Shown piece after piece: positions 28,561-43,011 of a stretch of 64,000 nt of DNA. The notes beneath the pieces are model-generated. The model was not told where the DNA came from, ran no database searches, and was given only the letters and a program-made list of their open reading frames with translations. Position 1 is the stretch's first letter. Every line of letters begins with the position of its first letter. Source of the DNA: Octopus vulgaris (taxonomy: Eukaryota); NCBI GenBank assembly GCA_951406725.2, contig OX597820.1, positions 58,342,001 through 58,406,000 of the forward strand. The letters are read 5' to 3'. The translations under genes were made by a program, and so were the position numbers.

Positions 28561-29082
28561 GTGTGTGTGTATGTTTGTGCATCGGTGAAAACTATATTTG
28601 TGAGATATCCCGATAAACCGGTGCAGCGAACCAAAATATTTTCTGGTTATCTCAAACAGATACTGCTTTTGTCACTCGTGCAAATAAAATGAACCAGATT
28701 GTTGGAAGTCTGTAATCAACGATGCTATTGTTCATAAAAATATATGAAGAAATTTTCGAAAATGCTTTTAATAAATACCAGACATATATTATACCGGGAC
28801 CTATTAAACCGACCATACTTGCTTGTCTATACATTTGTGGGACTGCGACGAAATCAAGGGAAGCAATGTGATCGTTAACAGTTGTCTTTATTTTTTATGG
28901 AACGCCTCTGTACTTTATACGTAAGAGGTGTCTCGTAAAAGCCACCACTTGCTCACTCTCTCTCTCACACACACACACACATACAAAGTGTTAGATGAGT
29001 ATTGTGTGATAACAAGAAAAAGAAGTCATTAGTCTTGCAATGCCTAAACGAAACATACATGCATACATACATTATATATATA

Positions 29083-29114
<32 letters not shown>

Positions 29115-29245
29115 CATATATATTATTTATAAATATATGCATATATACATACATATATGTCCATACCTACATATATATGTATATATACATGCATATATGG
29201 GTACAGGACATCAAAAAAACGTTGAACACAATGAGAAACGAAAAC

Positions 29246-29330
<85 letters not shown>

Positions 29331-29331
29331 A

Positions 29332-29385
<54 letters not shown>

Positions 29386-29591
29386 GTAGTGCAGATTGTG
29401 TTGGGAGTGTCTTAAGAAGAGAAAGAAGCATGTTTCGGGTAGTGACAGAGAAATAATTATTTCTGTGTCTGCGAAGAAATGTACTGTCCGAAACGTTAGG
29501 ACTTCTGTCTACTTGTAACACACAAACACTTTCCACATGTTTACATATTTTTGTTCTCTGAACAAATACCCACCACACCCACACTCTTTCA

Positions 29592-29674
<83 letters not shown>

Positions 29675-30339
29675 CAATTCTCTATTTATCTATCCATCTA
29701 AGTAGGTTTCAAACTATTAATTTCACAAAATAGTATTTTGTTGCATTAAAACAAAAACACATCGTGATAATATGCGATGTTTACATTAACGAAAGGCAGG
29801 GGAAAAAATAGACAGATGGAAAGAAAGCAGGAATTTTTTTAACGTTCCTATTTTTTGCTGGTTTCTTTTTCATTTTATTTTTTTGTCGATTTATTGATAT
29901 CCTTTACTAAATCATCAGCTTTTAAGTTAAACACACAACAAATATGAGAGCCGACGTGACTTTAAGGCAAATTTCTTAAAACAAAACGGAACACATTTAC
30001 ACAGTAACGAATAAAACAAGTGAAGTGTTATTTGCTAATATAAATAAATATATACTGATTTCAACTAGTTGTCGGAATATCTTAGAGGTTACAGAGAATT
30101 TTACAAAACAACTGTCAATAATAACAACAACAGCAACAGTGGAGGCGCAATAGCCCAGTAGTTAGGGCAGCGGTGTCGCGGTCGTAAGAACGCTGTTTCG
30201 ATTCCCAGACCGGGCATTGTGAGTGTTTATTGAGCAAAAACACCTAAGCTCCACAAGTACATCGACTTAACTCCTCCCTAAAAATGTCAGGTCTTGTGCC
30301 TATAGTAGAAAGGATTATTATTATTACTATTATTATCGA

Positions 30340-30765
30340 TTGAGAGAGTAGCACATCCCATCAAAGTGACACTGGAGTACAATTATACGAAGCCCAATAT
30401 ACCCATCATGACTACACGTCTGATAAGGGTACATTTGGCACATGCATCACAACCACATGTGCACAACATGGTGATCTTATATCAAGTTAAACAGCGCATA
30501 ACCTCGCATGTGGGACCCACTTAGAATTTTCTGTAGTCCTTCCCGCTTAGGACACTGAATAAGGTTTATTTAAGGATGATGAACGAAACACCCACCTTTC
30601 CAAAGGTGAATTTATTCAAACACCAAAGAATTCCTCTCAACACATTGATATGACGTTCCTCCACTACTTCTGCTCATGATCAGAGATGCACATATCGTCA
30701 GCCACCAAGGGACATGCTCAACTGGTTAAGGTCAAACAACTGACAAGCAAAACTGTGGTATTGAG
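30340..30765 (-). repeat. Interspersed repeat with an inverted homologue at 39355-39780
   Basis: About 420 bp are shared in opposite orientation (for example catcaaagtgacactgg versus ccagtgtcactttgatg); the 39355-39780 copy ends in (AAT)n. Confidence 0.85.
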
Positions 30766-31339
30766 CAGAATATTTACTGTAGCCCATCTCTTAAACCAAG
30801 ATAAAACAATGTACATTACTTCTAATCAGTTAAGATCAGAAGTCATGAGAGCCAGTGCCTGATACTGCATACTATTAAAGCGGCGATCTGGCAGAATCGT
30901 TAGCAAACCGGGCGAAATGCTTAGCGTTATTTCGTCTGCCGCTACGTTCTGGGATCAAATTCCACCGAGTTCAACTTTGCTTTTCATCCTTTCGGGAGCG
31001 ATGAAATAAGTACCAGTTACGCACTGGGGAGGGAGGCGATGTAATCGACTTAATCCCCTCCCTAACCCAATAGCTGCCCTTGTGATAAAAATTTGAAATC
31101 ATCATTATTTTTATTTGCGAGCTGGCAGAATCATTAGCACGCCGGGGAAATGTTTAGTGGTATTTCGTCTGTCACTATTTTCTGAATTCAAATTCCACCG
31201 AGGTCGACTTCGTCTTTCATCCTTTCGGGGTCGATTAAATAAGTACCAGCTACGCACTGGAGTCGATGTAATCGACTTAATCCTTTCCCCAAAATTTGAG
31301 GCCTTGTGCTTCCAGTAGAAAGGATTATTATTATTATTA

Positions 31340-31459
<120 letters not shown>

Positions 31460-32313
31460 TCATTATTATTATTACAAGGCGGTGAGCTGGCAGAATTGTT
31501 ACTGCGCCGGGCAAAAGTGCTTTGCAGGATTTCGTTTTTACGTTCTGTGTTCAAATGCCCCCGAGGTCTACTTTGCGTTTCATTTTTTTCGGGAATGGAT
31601 AGATTAAGTACCAGTTGAGCACTGGACTGATGTAAACGACTGTAAAATCCAAAAATGGAGATTATGTTATGACATGTATTCCTTCATTACAATCTTTTCA
31701 ACAATACATGGTTCAGACACAACATGAATATAAATAATTACGTAATATGTGAGCCATGGTCCTACACATACACACACACACACACACAGACTTGTGTGAA
31801 AATGATACGATAACAATAAAAATGTCCAAACGAATCTGGCTTCAAGGAAACGATTAGTTGTCAATTCTCATTTCTTGCGATTTCATTTCAATTAAATGCT
31901 AAATCCTAATAAAAAATACATAAACGTCTCATATCCGTACCAACACTCCCTCTAAAATATGGAATCTACTTCATATAAATAACAAATGCTGTGAAACAAT
32001 ACAAAAACTCAAAATCAGTTTAATCTATGATCCGATTCCTACTAATGCCTATAGGAAAGGATGAAATTATGAAATTCACATTTATTCAATGCTTCAGTTC
32101 TCCATCCTGCGCACATGAGTATGTAGTTTTTCCTTTGTGAATGAAAAATATGTGGTGTATACTTACGATACATATATATATATATATATAAATTAGAGAA
32201 GAACCACCTTTTATCAATTCAACAATGAAATAACAATGATATAATTAAATTATACCATATAGAAAAAAAATTAAATATACGATAAAACATATACCAATGA
32301 TTAAGTGAAGTAC

Positions 32314-32380
<67 letters not shown>

Positions 32381-32497
32381 AGGTAATGGTGTCATTGAGA
32401 TACAAACGCGTCGGGTAACGCTGAATAAGTGCTATAGACAGACCATAGTTAAGTTCCAGGTTCGGTGATCTTGCGAATATGACCAACGTTGAACCCG

Positions 32498-32562
<65 letters not shown>

Positions 32563-32762
32563 GGTCAGCAGTCTGCAATGTTTCATCAAAAAGGAAAACT
32601 ATAATTGTCACTAAATGTGACTAAGGGGTTAGAGACACCTATTGCTAGAAATAAGACCTAAAATGCTCTAACGCTGTAGTCAAAGCACATAATTGTATAC
32701 ACATACACTGATGTGAACTACAATCGCCCGAAAAACACCGATCGAGACTTCCCAATACTGAC

Positions 32763-32868
32763 CTATTAGTTTCGGTAATTTCCGTTGCCTCATTAGTAAG
32801 GAGTGGCTCGACTTCGGTAGATTCTGGACTTAATTCTCCGTCAGTATAAATGTTTTCACCATAAAAAC
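32763..32868 (-). CDS. Candidate 106-nt exon (phase 1 to 2), possibly an alternative exon of the cyclase gene
   Basis: Acceptor atcgttag, open acidic frame (G)FYGENIYTDGELSPESTEVEPLLTNEATEITETN, strong donor AG|GTCAGT; phase-compatible with the 175-nt exon. No recognisable homology. Confidence 0.4.
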
Positions 32869-32895
32869 CTAACGATAATTTAGCGACAGTATATA

Positions 32896-33240
32896 GGAGA
32901 CCCCCTTCGGTCATGAATGACCATGGGATTGCACCTAGAAAGTTACCCTCCGAGGTTCAAGTCCGAGCAAGGTTGTTTGTGGAAGGCTAGCAGTCGCCCA
33001 TGCATGCCAGCCTCCCCTCTCCACGCCACTGATGTTATCCAAGGGAAAGGCAAAGGTCGATACAGCTTGGCACTAGTGCTGTCGTAACTCATTTCTACAG
33101 CTGAGTTAACTGGAGCAACATGAAATAAAGTGTCTTATTCAAGAACACAACACCACAACACGCAGCCCAGTCCGGGAATCGAACTCACAACCTTACATCG
33201 TAAGCTCGACGTTCTAATCACTGAGCCATGCGCCTTCACA
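32896..33240 (-). mobile_element. tRNA-derived SINE with target site duplication
   Basis: Head tgtgaaggcgcatggctcagtgattag...gttcgattccc; flanking direct repeat agcgaca(g/c)tatata. Confidence 0.8.
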
Positions 33241-33901
33241 GCGACACTATATATGTATACAATTTATTCATCCTTTCGGGGTCGATAAATTAAGTACCAG
33301 TTACGCACTGGGGTCGATGTAATCGACTTAATACCTATGTCTGTCCTTGTTCGTCCCCTCTATGTTTAGCACCTTGTGGGTAATAAAGAAATAAGTATAT
33401 ATGTATACAATAATGTGCTTTGACCACAGCGTTAGAGCATTCTAGCTCTTATTTCTAGCAAAGTATGTGTTTCTAACACCCGAGTCATGTTTAGTAATAA
33501 TTACAGATATATACAAGTAGCATATTATATTTTAACATAAATCTTTCATTTCTATGAAACGGCTGGAAGGAAAGTATATATTAGGATACATAGATATGAT
33601 TACGGTTTTGACTTTAAAAAACTACTTGTCCAGGCTTGAGTATCAGGAGTTTTCCTATGTTTGTTTGTGTGTGATTGTATATATGTATATATATGAAAAG
33701 ATAGATAGATAGACAGATAAACAGACAGACAGACATATATGCACAGGCGTAACAGGGTGGTAAGAGGCTTACTTCCCAACCACATGGTTCCGGGTTCAGT
33801 CCCACTACGTGACACCTTCGGCAAGTGTTTACTACTATAGCCTCGGGCTGACCAGAGCCTTGTGAGTAGATTTGGTAGACGGAAACTGACAGAAACCCGT
33901 C

Positions 33902-33952
<51 letters not shown>

Positions 33953-34034
33953 CACGTGAACATACATATATATATTTATATTTGTTTATATATATATATA
34001 CATACACGTGAACATACATATATATATTTATATT

Positions 34035-34078
<44 letters not shown>

Positions 34079-35342
34079 TGTACACGTGTACATGTGTGTG
34101 CGTTATCTTCCGTCAACGAAAATGATGTCCGTCTTTATTTGTAGATCCTTATGATCTTAGAGTAACAACTACAGCAGCATAAAAGTTTGAGACAACTGAC
34201 TAATTTAGAGATAAAATAAGATTAACGATAAGCTAGAGCGTAGATTTCTAGGAGAAGACTCCGGGTATTTTTCCCTAATCATTCACTATCTCTCAGTGAC
34301 GCCTCCACTCCGCACCACTCCAAATACTTGTGTTCAATGAATTCCAAACCTACATCAACACAGACGCGTTTGCGACATTCAGAATGCTTTGGACGAGATA
34401 AGATAGATATAAAAGCTAAGTGATGATGATCATCATCATTATTGGTATCGTCACAATCATTACCGTCCGCCTGGTTGTTATCTTGGCTACGTAAGCCATT
34501 GCTACTGCTAAGCCACCCGTGGCAGAGATAAACAGCAGTGTACAGGAACACGTGTTTTAAGCACGACTTTATCTGAACGTTTCTGGGACAGTTATTTATC
34601 GCAGTTTGCCTCTTTCGCATCTATATTAAAGGGGATGGTTCAACGCTAAAGAAAACTATCAGAGGTGGGCGGTCATTCGTTTTCACCGGCGCCTCACGAC
34701 ATTTATCAACTTCATTATCGTTTTTTTTTTTATTTGTTTTTCATTCATTTATTCGTTCTTTTTATTGCATTCGTTAATTCTTCAATTTTCTCTTTCGTAT
34801 GCTGACTCTACCACAACCCCATCTTTAATCATATGAATTACTCTTGGTTGGGTTTTATTTTTTGTTCATATTTTTTTCCGAAAAATAAGAAGGCTTGTGG
34901 AGAATGTTACTACAGATGTTATTGCTGATAAGAATATACATTAACCAAATTTAAAGCCATAGTATTCGGTGACCTAGCAACCCTTAAGGTTTATTGTAAA
35001 ATTGGGTTTCGTTTAGATTTCGTTTAAGACGCAGGATAAAGTATATTCAGCGTTAAAGGTAAGATCTTAGAGAATCAAACCCTGGAGTTTTAATTACTTG
35101 TTGCAATATTTTGCTGCAACTAACGCCACTAATGTCTTGAAGAAAGAATCATAAATGCAAATGGCTTTTATTCTATGAAGTTAGTACTCTAAAAATTATG
35201 CTTCTTGCAGCTTCCGATGAACAGCAAAACTAAGAATTTCTCTTATTTGGATTTTCAAATTTATAAAAGCTCCGCATAACAGAAAATATCCACAACGATG
35301 ATTAATATTCTTTAAAAATAAAGAGAAACAAGTCAGTCTTAC

Positions 35343-35517
35343 CTGAATGAATACCTATTCTCAGCTTCAGGACTTCTTTAGGGCGGTGCTTCACAACAAA
35401 AGTACTAACTTTCTGCAACAATTGAAGAGACATCCGTCCTATTTCTCCGGCATGTTTTTTGCCGTTACGTATAGGCAAACCAGACGCCACCATATAAGCA
35501 TCTCCAATCGTTTCAAC
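35343..35517 (-). CDS. Receptor-type guanylyl cyclase, 175-nt exon
   Basis: Acceptor ctctaccag, translation [58 protein letters not shown](G), donor CAG|gtaaga (phase 1). The Glu of VETIGD indicates GTP specificity; the second metal-binding Asp is present. Confidence 0.96.
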
Positions 35518-37425
35518 CTGGTAGAGAATCGATATATTTTTATTCATAAATATCATACATATACAATAGTATGTTTCTAAGATGAGGAATTTATATATTA
35601 TGTATTCTCTCTCTCTTCTCTTCGCCCCTTTTCAAGCCTAGCCAGGCTCATGGGCCCGGTTTCCCGGTTTCTGTGGCGTATGTGTCCCCCCTCCCCAGCT
35701 GGACGGGACGCCAGTTCATCGCAGCGTTACTCAAGAAACAGGAAGAGAAATTTGTGGTGAAAGAATACAACAGGGGTCGCCACCAGCCTCATGGAGCTTT
35801 TAGGTGTTTTCGCTCAATAAACACACACAACGCCCGGTCTGGGAATCGAAACCGCAATCCTCCGATCGCAAGTCCGCTGCCCTAACCACTGGGCCATTGC
35901 GCCTCCACATATTATGTATTAGTCAGAGTAATGTCCTCAGCGTGAGTGTTGCTTTTTCAGTTGTGTACACTTCAGTCTCCTTTGTGTGTCTCAAAATTCC
36001 TCTTCATGCCTCGCTTGAAAAAGGTTGGAGCATACACAGCCGAAATGTAGAAGCGACAATCAAGATGAGGACACTACTCCGACAAATACGTAAAATGTCA
36101 TATATATATATGTTGCAGCGTTCTTAAAACACACACACATTCACACACACACATATATCGTAGGATATGTAAGTAGCAAATAGATCACTGTGATATTCGA
36201 AGACTAATAACGTAGCTGTTTGATCTACTGGGATACCTATCCGTTAAAATACAGAGGAAGTGGACGAGTTTCTACAGACATGCTTTGTGAGTACAATCTT
36301 CAGGTACTGCCAACATGACGCAATGTGTCAAGGTTGGGCCTTTGAATTACATGTGCAATATACATACGCATAGATACAGACAGAGACATATACGTACACA
36401 TATACAACTGCATATAAATATATGTATAAAACATGTACATAAATACACACACACGCATATATACTTGTGTGTGCGTATGTGTGTGTGTGTGTACACGTAA
36501 TAATAACCAATCATAAACTACAATGAGAACCTCTCAAACGGTCCAATCAAGGCTCTTTTTTCTTCAACGAGAGTACTTTTTTACCCCTTAAGCTAGTCCG
36601 AGAAATGACCAGAGTCTTTGAGAAAGGAAAAATGGGAAGAGTGAATTCATATAAAGAAAATAAGCTTAAATGTGTTTTTGGATAAACAAATGGAGGAAAA
36701 GTACTCAATACTTGCAAGAGAGTATATATTCGTTCGAGCTGACAAACAGGTAAATGGAAGAACTTAACTGTTCACATGGGTTTGGGTTTAATTGATCGGC
36801 TATCATCAGAGGATAAGGCATCTGACATTGGATAATCAGTGGGTGAAGTTAATAAGATTTGTACAGTAAATATTAATCTGCTTCTCATTTGCATATAGTG
36901 AAGTAGTCACTGTAATGTTATGGAGAAGATAATTACTACTGTCTAGTATTGCCAGCTATCTTTAACTGAAATTCTTTTTGGACGATATTAGAAATGATTA
37001 CTTGGTTTGCATTTGAAAGTTTTCACGAAGTAATTGTTCCTATGCCTCTACGTAGACAATATTTCGGATTTCATGTTAAACATAATGAAAATTTGAATCA
37101 ATATACTGTATTTCTTTGTGAAACACACGTGGAATTTCTGATCGATTTAAACATATGGTTCCATTTTCAATGATATGCAAGCTTTGGAGTTTTGTTAAGT
37201 CTGATTTCCTTCAAATTCCAGATACAGTGAGAAATAGCAGTTAATTCTATTTCCGGTTCCAAAGGTGTGAGTGTAATGCATGAATTTCTCTTCAGTATAT
37301 TTTCTGTGATGTTAATGCTGTACATCTACAGCTGTTATCTTTGCTCTACACATTAATCCCTTTGTGAAGCTGTGAAGCACATGCCTTACATTTCCACGTG
37401 TAGTTTCTATTTTCTTTTTGTAACA

Positions 37426-37469
<44 letters not shown>

Positions 37470-38550
37470 GTATGCAATTGCACTTTGGGTTAATGTGACA
37501 TTTTCTGTTTGTATCATTTCAGTTGTAATTGGATAATTCAAGCACGATATTATTTAAGCAGCTTAAATATTATTCCTATTTCCTAACTTATGCATGTTTA
37601 TTTATCAAGGAAGTGTTTATTTGTTAGGGAGAAACTTAAGTATAGATTATATTACTTCTACGTTCATATTAAATAATGTTTCTTTTACAATTTTGCCTAA
37701 TTTATGGGGTATTTTCGCCATATTCTATTTATTGTAACCGCTTCCTATTATTTCTCTTTATATTAGAATGCGACTTCATTGGATGTTTCCAAAAGTCTAT
37801 CATACTTTTAAAATTTCGTGTGTTAATTTTTAACTTATGGACTACTCCATATAGATAATCATCGCAGCAGTAGACATTCGGTTCAAATTCTAAAATTGCA
37901 TTTATGGTACCCCTTGAGCTAACACCATCACAATTCTCTAGCTTTACTACATATCATTCATCATATCAGAAGGAATGGTACATTTATGCAATTTGTATTT
38001 ATACAGAACTGAAATTATGATTAGAGTATATTAACAAGTTCTTTTGTATATTTCTGCAAATGTTTCCTTCGTCATTTTCCTTCCTTTTTCGCATATTCTT
38101 TCCGTTAACGATGAAAACTCCGTCAGCTAACTTCCTGACCGTTACACGTTTCGTTTTACTTCGCCTTATTTTAAACATGTTTTGCAGTGATGTGCGTAGA
38201 TACGTATGTGTTCGTGTAGGTAAGAATGAGTATGTGTACATACAATGTGTTTTGTTAATTAACTCATTTATATGTTTAATATAATCCTGCTGAACCAGGT
38301 TTGCATTTCTTTCCGGTGTTTTGATATATTTTTTGTTTGTTTGTTTGTTTGTTTGTTTTTCTAATGCATTTTCTTTTTTCTTTTTTTTTTCTTTTTTGAG
38401 TTTCCCTGGAACTTCAGTGCATCGATGAAAAAATACATTTCGGGAACTAGGTGTGTGCTGCAGTACGCGCTCACGCACACATGTATTAAATCTAAAAGGT
38501 AAGATGTAATTCACGCTAACACATTATTAATGATATATAAATTGTGTGTG

Positions 38551-38613
<63 letters not shown>

Positions 38614-38976
38614 AAGATGTAAACCAGAATTGATTACCTTCATAAAAATAAATGGGTTTTTTTTTTCTTTTTTCTTTTTGTGTTTTGCCTGTTTTTAAAG
38701 GTTTCTTCAACTTTGCTACTCTGCTACAAATAGTCAATGTTAATTACAATCATTTAAGTTTTGCGGTACTCTATACCTAGCTTTAATAGCAACCTTCTAC
38801 TTTAAAGCTTTTAATCGTAATCAATACTGCAAATTTTCAAAATATCACAGAGAGCCACGTATATCGTCTTTCCTACACTACACACACACACTCACACACA
38901 CACACACACGCTACAATAATTGTTACTGTTATTTTTATTAATATCTTCATTAGCGCTATTGGTATTATTATTATTA

Positions 38977-39037
<61 letters not shown>

Positions 39038-39775
39038 GTCGTTTCGGCTCCTTGGAATATGTAAAGAATATGAAATATCCTTTCGCATACCATATATGAT
39101 AACAAGCCTTAATTGTAAGTGAAGAAGACGGTGCTCCGCATCACTTCAGTTTTGTATCAATTATAGGAATCTTGTATAAGTTATCACACATAATTAAATC
39201 ACGTATAACGTATTTCGAAGCGGAATGCTACCAAAACAATTGTAACCGGTATTAATTTTATGTTATACTGATACACCGACTCCAGTAATCGACTGGTACT
39301 TATTTTATCGACCCCGAAAGGATGGAAGGCAAAGTTAATAATAATAATAATAATGCTTGTCAGTTGTTTGACCTTAACCAGTTGAGCATGTCCCTTAGTG
39401 GCTGACGATATGTGCATCTCTGATCACGAGCAGAAGTAGTGGGGGAGCATCATAGCCATGTGTTGAGGGGGATTCTTTGGGGTTTGAATAGTTCACCTCT
39501 GGAAACATGGGTGGTTCTTTCAACATCCTTAAACAACACTTATTCAGGGACCGTTTGAGCGGGATGGGCTACTCAACCTGAAGAAAATTCTAACTGGGCC
39601 CCACCTGCAAGGTCATGTGCTGTTTATCTTGATATGAGATCACCATGTCGCGCACATATGGTTGTGATGCATGTGCCTGGCGTACCTTTATCAGACGGGT
39701 AGTCATGATGGGTATATTGGGCTTCGTATATTTTACCCCAGTGTCACTTTGATGGCATGAACTGCTCTCTCACTC

Positions 39776-39799
<24 letters not shown>

Positions 39800-39813
<14 letters not shown>

Positions 39814-40045
39814 TGATGAAATTATTGTATACAGTGCTCAGGTGCACCACAACTTGTCAGAAGTGTGTATAAAGCATATGCAGTAATGTACAAATGTCTG
39901 GAAAGTGAATAGTGTATGAGTCAGATACATGCTTGCGTATGTATGGAAGGGGAAAAATCAGGTGTAGTGTTGGCGAATATCAGGAAACATGGAAGTTTTG
40001 AAGATGCAGTGCTCCAACAGCTAACAACTGATGCCGGCAGTTTGG
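39800..40045 (-). mobile_element. CR1-like LINE 3' end
   Basis: Minus strand KLPASVVSCWSTAS(F)K resembles the CR1 WNxLPxxVV...FK terminus and is followed by a UTR and an (ATC/ATT)n tail. Confidence 0.55.
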
Positions 40046-40257
40046 AATTTGAACTCTGAATGTAACGACAGACGAAACGCTGCTAAACATTTTGTCCGGC
40101 GTGCTAACGATTCTGCCAACTAACCGCATTAATAATGATAATCCTTTCTACTTTCGGCCTGAAAATTTTGGGGGAGGGGTAATCGATTACATCGACCCCA
40201 GTACTCGAATGGTACTTATTTTTCGAATCTGAAATGATGAACGGCAAGGTCAAACTT

Positions 40258-42784
40258 GACAGAATTTGAACTCATAACAATTCTGCCAGCTCGCCGCCTT
40301 AATATTAATAATAATAATCCTTTCTACTTAAGGCACAAGACCTGAAATTTGGGGGAGCACTAGAGCAGCAATTTTGAGCTGACGGGTTTAGTAGATTCCA
40401 ACAGCTACTTTATTTTATCGACTCTGGAGACATGAAAAGGCAAAACTGATTTTAGTGGTATTTGATTTCAAATCATCCCAGCCATTCCCAACTCCTCACG
40501 CAGTGGCGCATACTATCCAAAGTCTTTTAAACACTAATGCGGAACGTGAAGGAGATGTATTTGGTAGTAAATAGAGCGACTATATAAGGCAAGAAGGCGT
40601 AGATGTTTGATAGTAAAAACACAGCTGGATAATACTCCCACTCCGCCATTGCGTGACGTATATATATTGTAAAGTACAACAGTTTGTACAGATAACATTC
40701 TAAAAGATCTGAGTCACAGCTACTATATAAATTTGAACGCGGCTATTATTTTCCTTCAGTTATGTCCTCAGAATCGTTAGAAGAAAAGCCAACCTAGTTT
40801 TGTGGAGGATTATTTCCGCCTCTCACCAGTTCTGTTTCCTTCACAGCTGAATATTTGCAAATAGATAGAAATCATGATATAGTCTATAACAGTTTGTTTG
40901 CGAATATTGGTTTGAAATTTTCAAATTTTACAAGCTCAGCAATTTTGGGGGAGGATAAATCGATTATATTGACCCACCCCAGTGCTCAGTTGGTACTTAT
41001 TTCATCGACCCCGAAAGAGTAAAAAGCAAAGTCGACCTCGGTGGAATTTGAACTCGGAATCTAAAGACGGACGAAATGCCGCTAAGCATTTCTCCCGACG
41101 TGTTAACGCTTCTGCCAGCTCACTGTCTTACTCTGTTTTCGAATATTACTCGTGCAAAACAACGCTTCACACACACACACACACACACACTAAAGATTTC
41201 TGAAGCTGGGATCCTAATCCCGAAATATTGAAACACAAGGTACAAGTAAAACACATCGATTTGTATTAGTTCTCATAATTTGTATCGTTTTGGCCTATAA
41301 ATACATTAAAAAAACATTTTTATATTTCAGACAATTCTTCGTACAAATTAGTATCTATCTATTTAGCCCTGAGGAAATAAGGCAGATGGCATTTGAATTC
41401 AGAGCGTAAAGCGGAGAGATGAATACTGTACTTATTTCCATACTCTAAGTGAGTTAGCGAACTAGTTGCAAGAAAACATGCCCAGTGTCGATAATTATAT
41501 AGCAAACTGTATAGTCTTGTCTTTATCCATTTCCTTCAATGACTGCTGCATGCATGGCCATTTGATCAAGAGGCTTGCTTTGCAACCACCAAGTTTCGGG
41601 TTTAGTCCGACTGTGAGACACCTTAGGCAAGTACCTTCTACTACAGCCCCAGGCCAATCAGTACCTTGTGAGCGAATTTAGTAGACGGAAACTGTATGGA
41701 AGCCTGTTATATATACGAGTGTGTACGTTTGTCCTGTCCACCGCTTGATAACCTGTATTGGTTTGTTTACATTTCTGTAACTTAGCGTTCGATAAAAGAG
41801 GCGATAGAATAAGAACTAGACTTTAAAAAAATAAGTACCGGGGTCGGTTTGCTCGACATAATCATTCAAGATGGTACCCCAGCATGGCCACAGTCAAATT
41901 ACTGAAACATTAAACGATAAAAGAGACAAGATAAATAAAATGCTCAAAATTGTTTTACCTTGTAAACATCGAAATTTTCAAGCACGGAATCGAATGCGCT
42001 GTACAAATCATTCAAAAGAGTCGTAATCTGGAAAAGGCCAATATATGTAGTTAATAACACAAAATATTCTTCCGTGTTTTCTGACTGCAAATAAGATATG
42101 TTTCTTTATTATCCACACAGGGCTGCACACAGACAGAACAAATTACAAGGTAGAGCTTTTCTTTTGGGGGTAAAAAAAAAGGGGGTTGGTTTTCGATCAA
42201 AAGGGATCGTAAAAGGAAAGAAAGAGGACAAAAAAAGGGGAGGATTTTTTTTAAAAAGTGGGGAGAGGGGAAGAAAAACAAGCAAAGCACATTAAACATA
42301 AAAACATTTTTCTGTAGTCTCAGGTTTAGATCTACAGTAAAATTTATTATCTACAATGTTAAATATTTGTAATGTGTTGGACGCAGTAGAACAAAGGGAC
42401 GATGATACAGTTCTGATTTCTCGTTAAGCCTAATCCAATTCTGTTGAGAAAAGGCAAAGACGAACTCGACAGAATTTGAACTCATAACAATTCTGCCAGC
42501 TCGCCGCCTTAATATTAATAATAATAATAATCCTTTCTACTAAAGGCACAAGGCCTGAGATTTGGGGGAGCACTAGAGCAGCAATTTTGAGCTGACGGGT
42601 TTAGTAGATTCCAACAGCTACTTTATTTTATCGACTCTGGAGACATGAAAAGGCAAAGCTGATTTTGGTGGTATTTGAATTCAAATCATCCCAGCCATTC
42701 CCAACTCCTCACGCAGTGGCGCATATTATCCAAAGTCTTTTAAACACTAATGCGGAACGTGAAGGAGATGTAGTTGGTAGTAAA
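40258..42784. repeat. Near-identical ~315-bp direct repeats (40258-40571 and 42468-42784)
   Basis: The same mosaic of SINE pieces and unique sequence appears twice with few substitutions. Confidence 0.92.
41959..42027 (-). CDS. Receptor-type guanylyl cyclase, 69-nt exon
   Basis: Acceptor ccttttccag, translation ITTLLNDLYSAFDSVLENFDVYK, donor AAG|gtaaaa; phase 0-0 and in frame with both neighbouring exons. Matches the LLNDLY...FD...DVYK block of NPR-type cyclases. Confidence 0.95.
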
Positions 42785-42976
42785 GCGACAACAACCAATT
42801 CTTGAAAATATACTTTTGGAGTTATTGAAAAAAAGTCTCTCTTTCTCTCAATATGTGTGTCTGTGTGTATATGTATATATAAAATTTTTTAAAAAACGAA
42901 GAACACAAAAAAACAATAACGCAAGGACGTGGTACTGTAAAGTATTAGCAGACGCTCAGGGAAGGAAAGAAAGATG

Positions 42977-43011
42977 GTTTAACGTTTCGAGCACAGCTCT
43001 TCTTCAGAAAC
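42977..43011 (-). ncRNA. Minimal hammerhead ribozyme core in a Penelope-type short element (~42885-43080)
   Basis: GUUU-CUGAAGA-A-GAGC-UGU-GCUC-GAAAC-GUU-AAAC: intact CUGANGA and GAAA boxes, 4-bp stem II, 4-bp stem I and a palindromic minimal stem III. Confidence 0.65.

Noticed and set aside
30140-30215. tRNA-like sequences here and at ~8520-8595, 35830-35907 and 60390-60455
   Set aside because: They run directly into SINE bodies and lack a proper acceptor stem, so they are SINE heads rather than tRNA genes.
34279-34620. 113-aa minus-strand ORF as the missing cyclase exon
   Set aside because: No MPRYCLFG or TASRMES motif was found there.
37999-38514. 171-aa minus-strand ORF
   Set aside because: Low-complexity Lys/Gln-Thr-Asn runs derived from T-rich tracts, with no domain or splice support.
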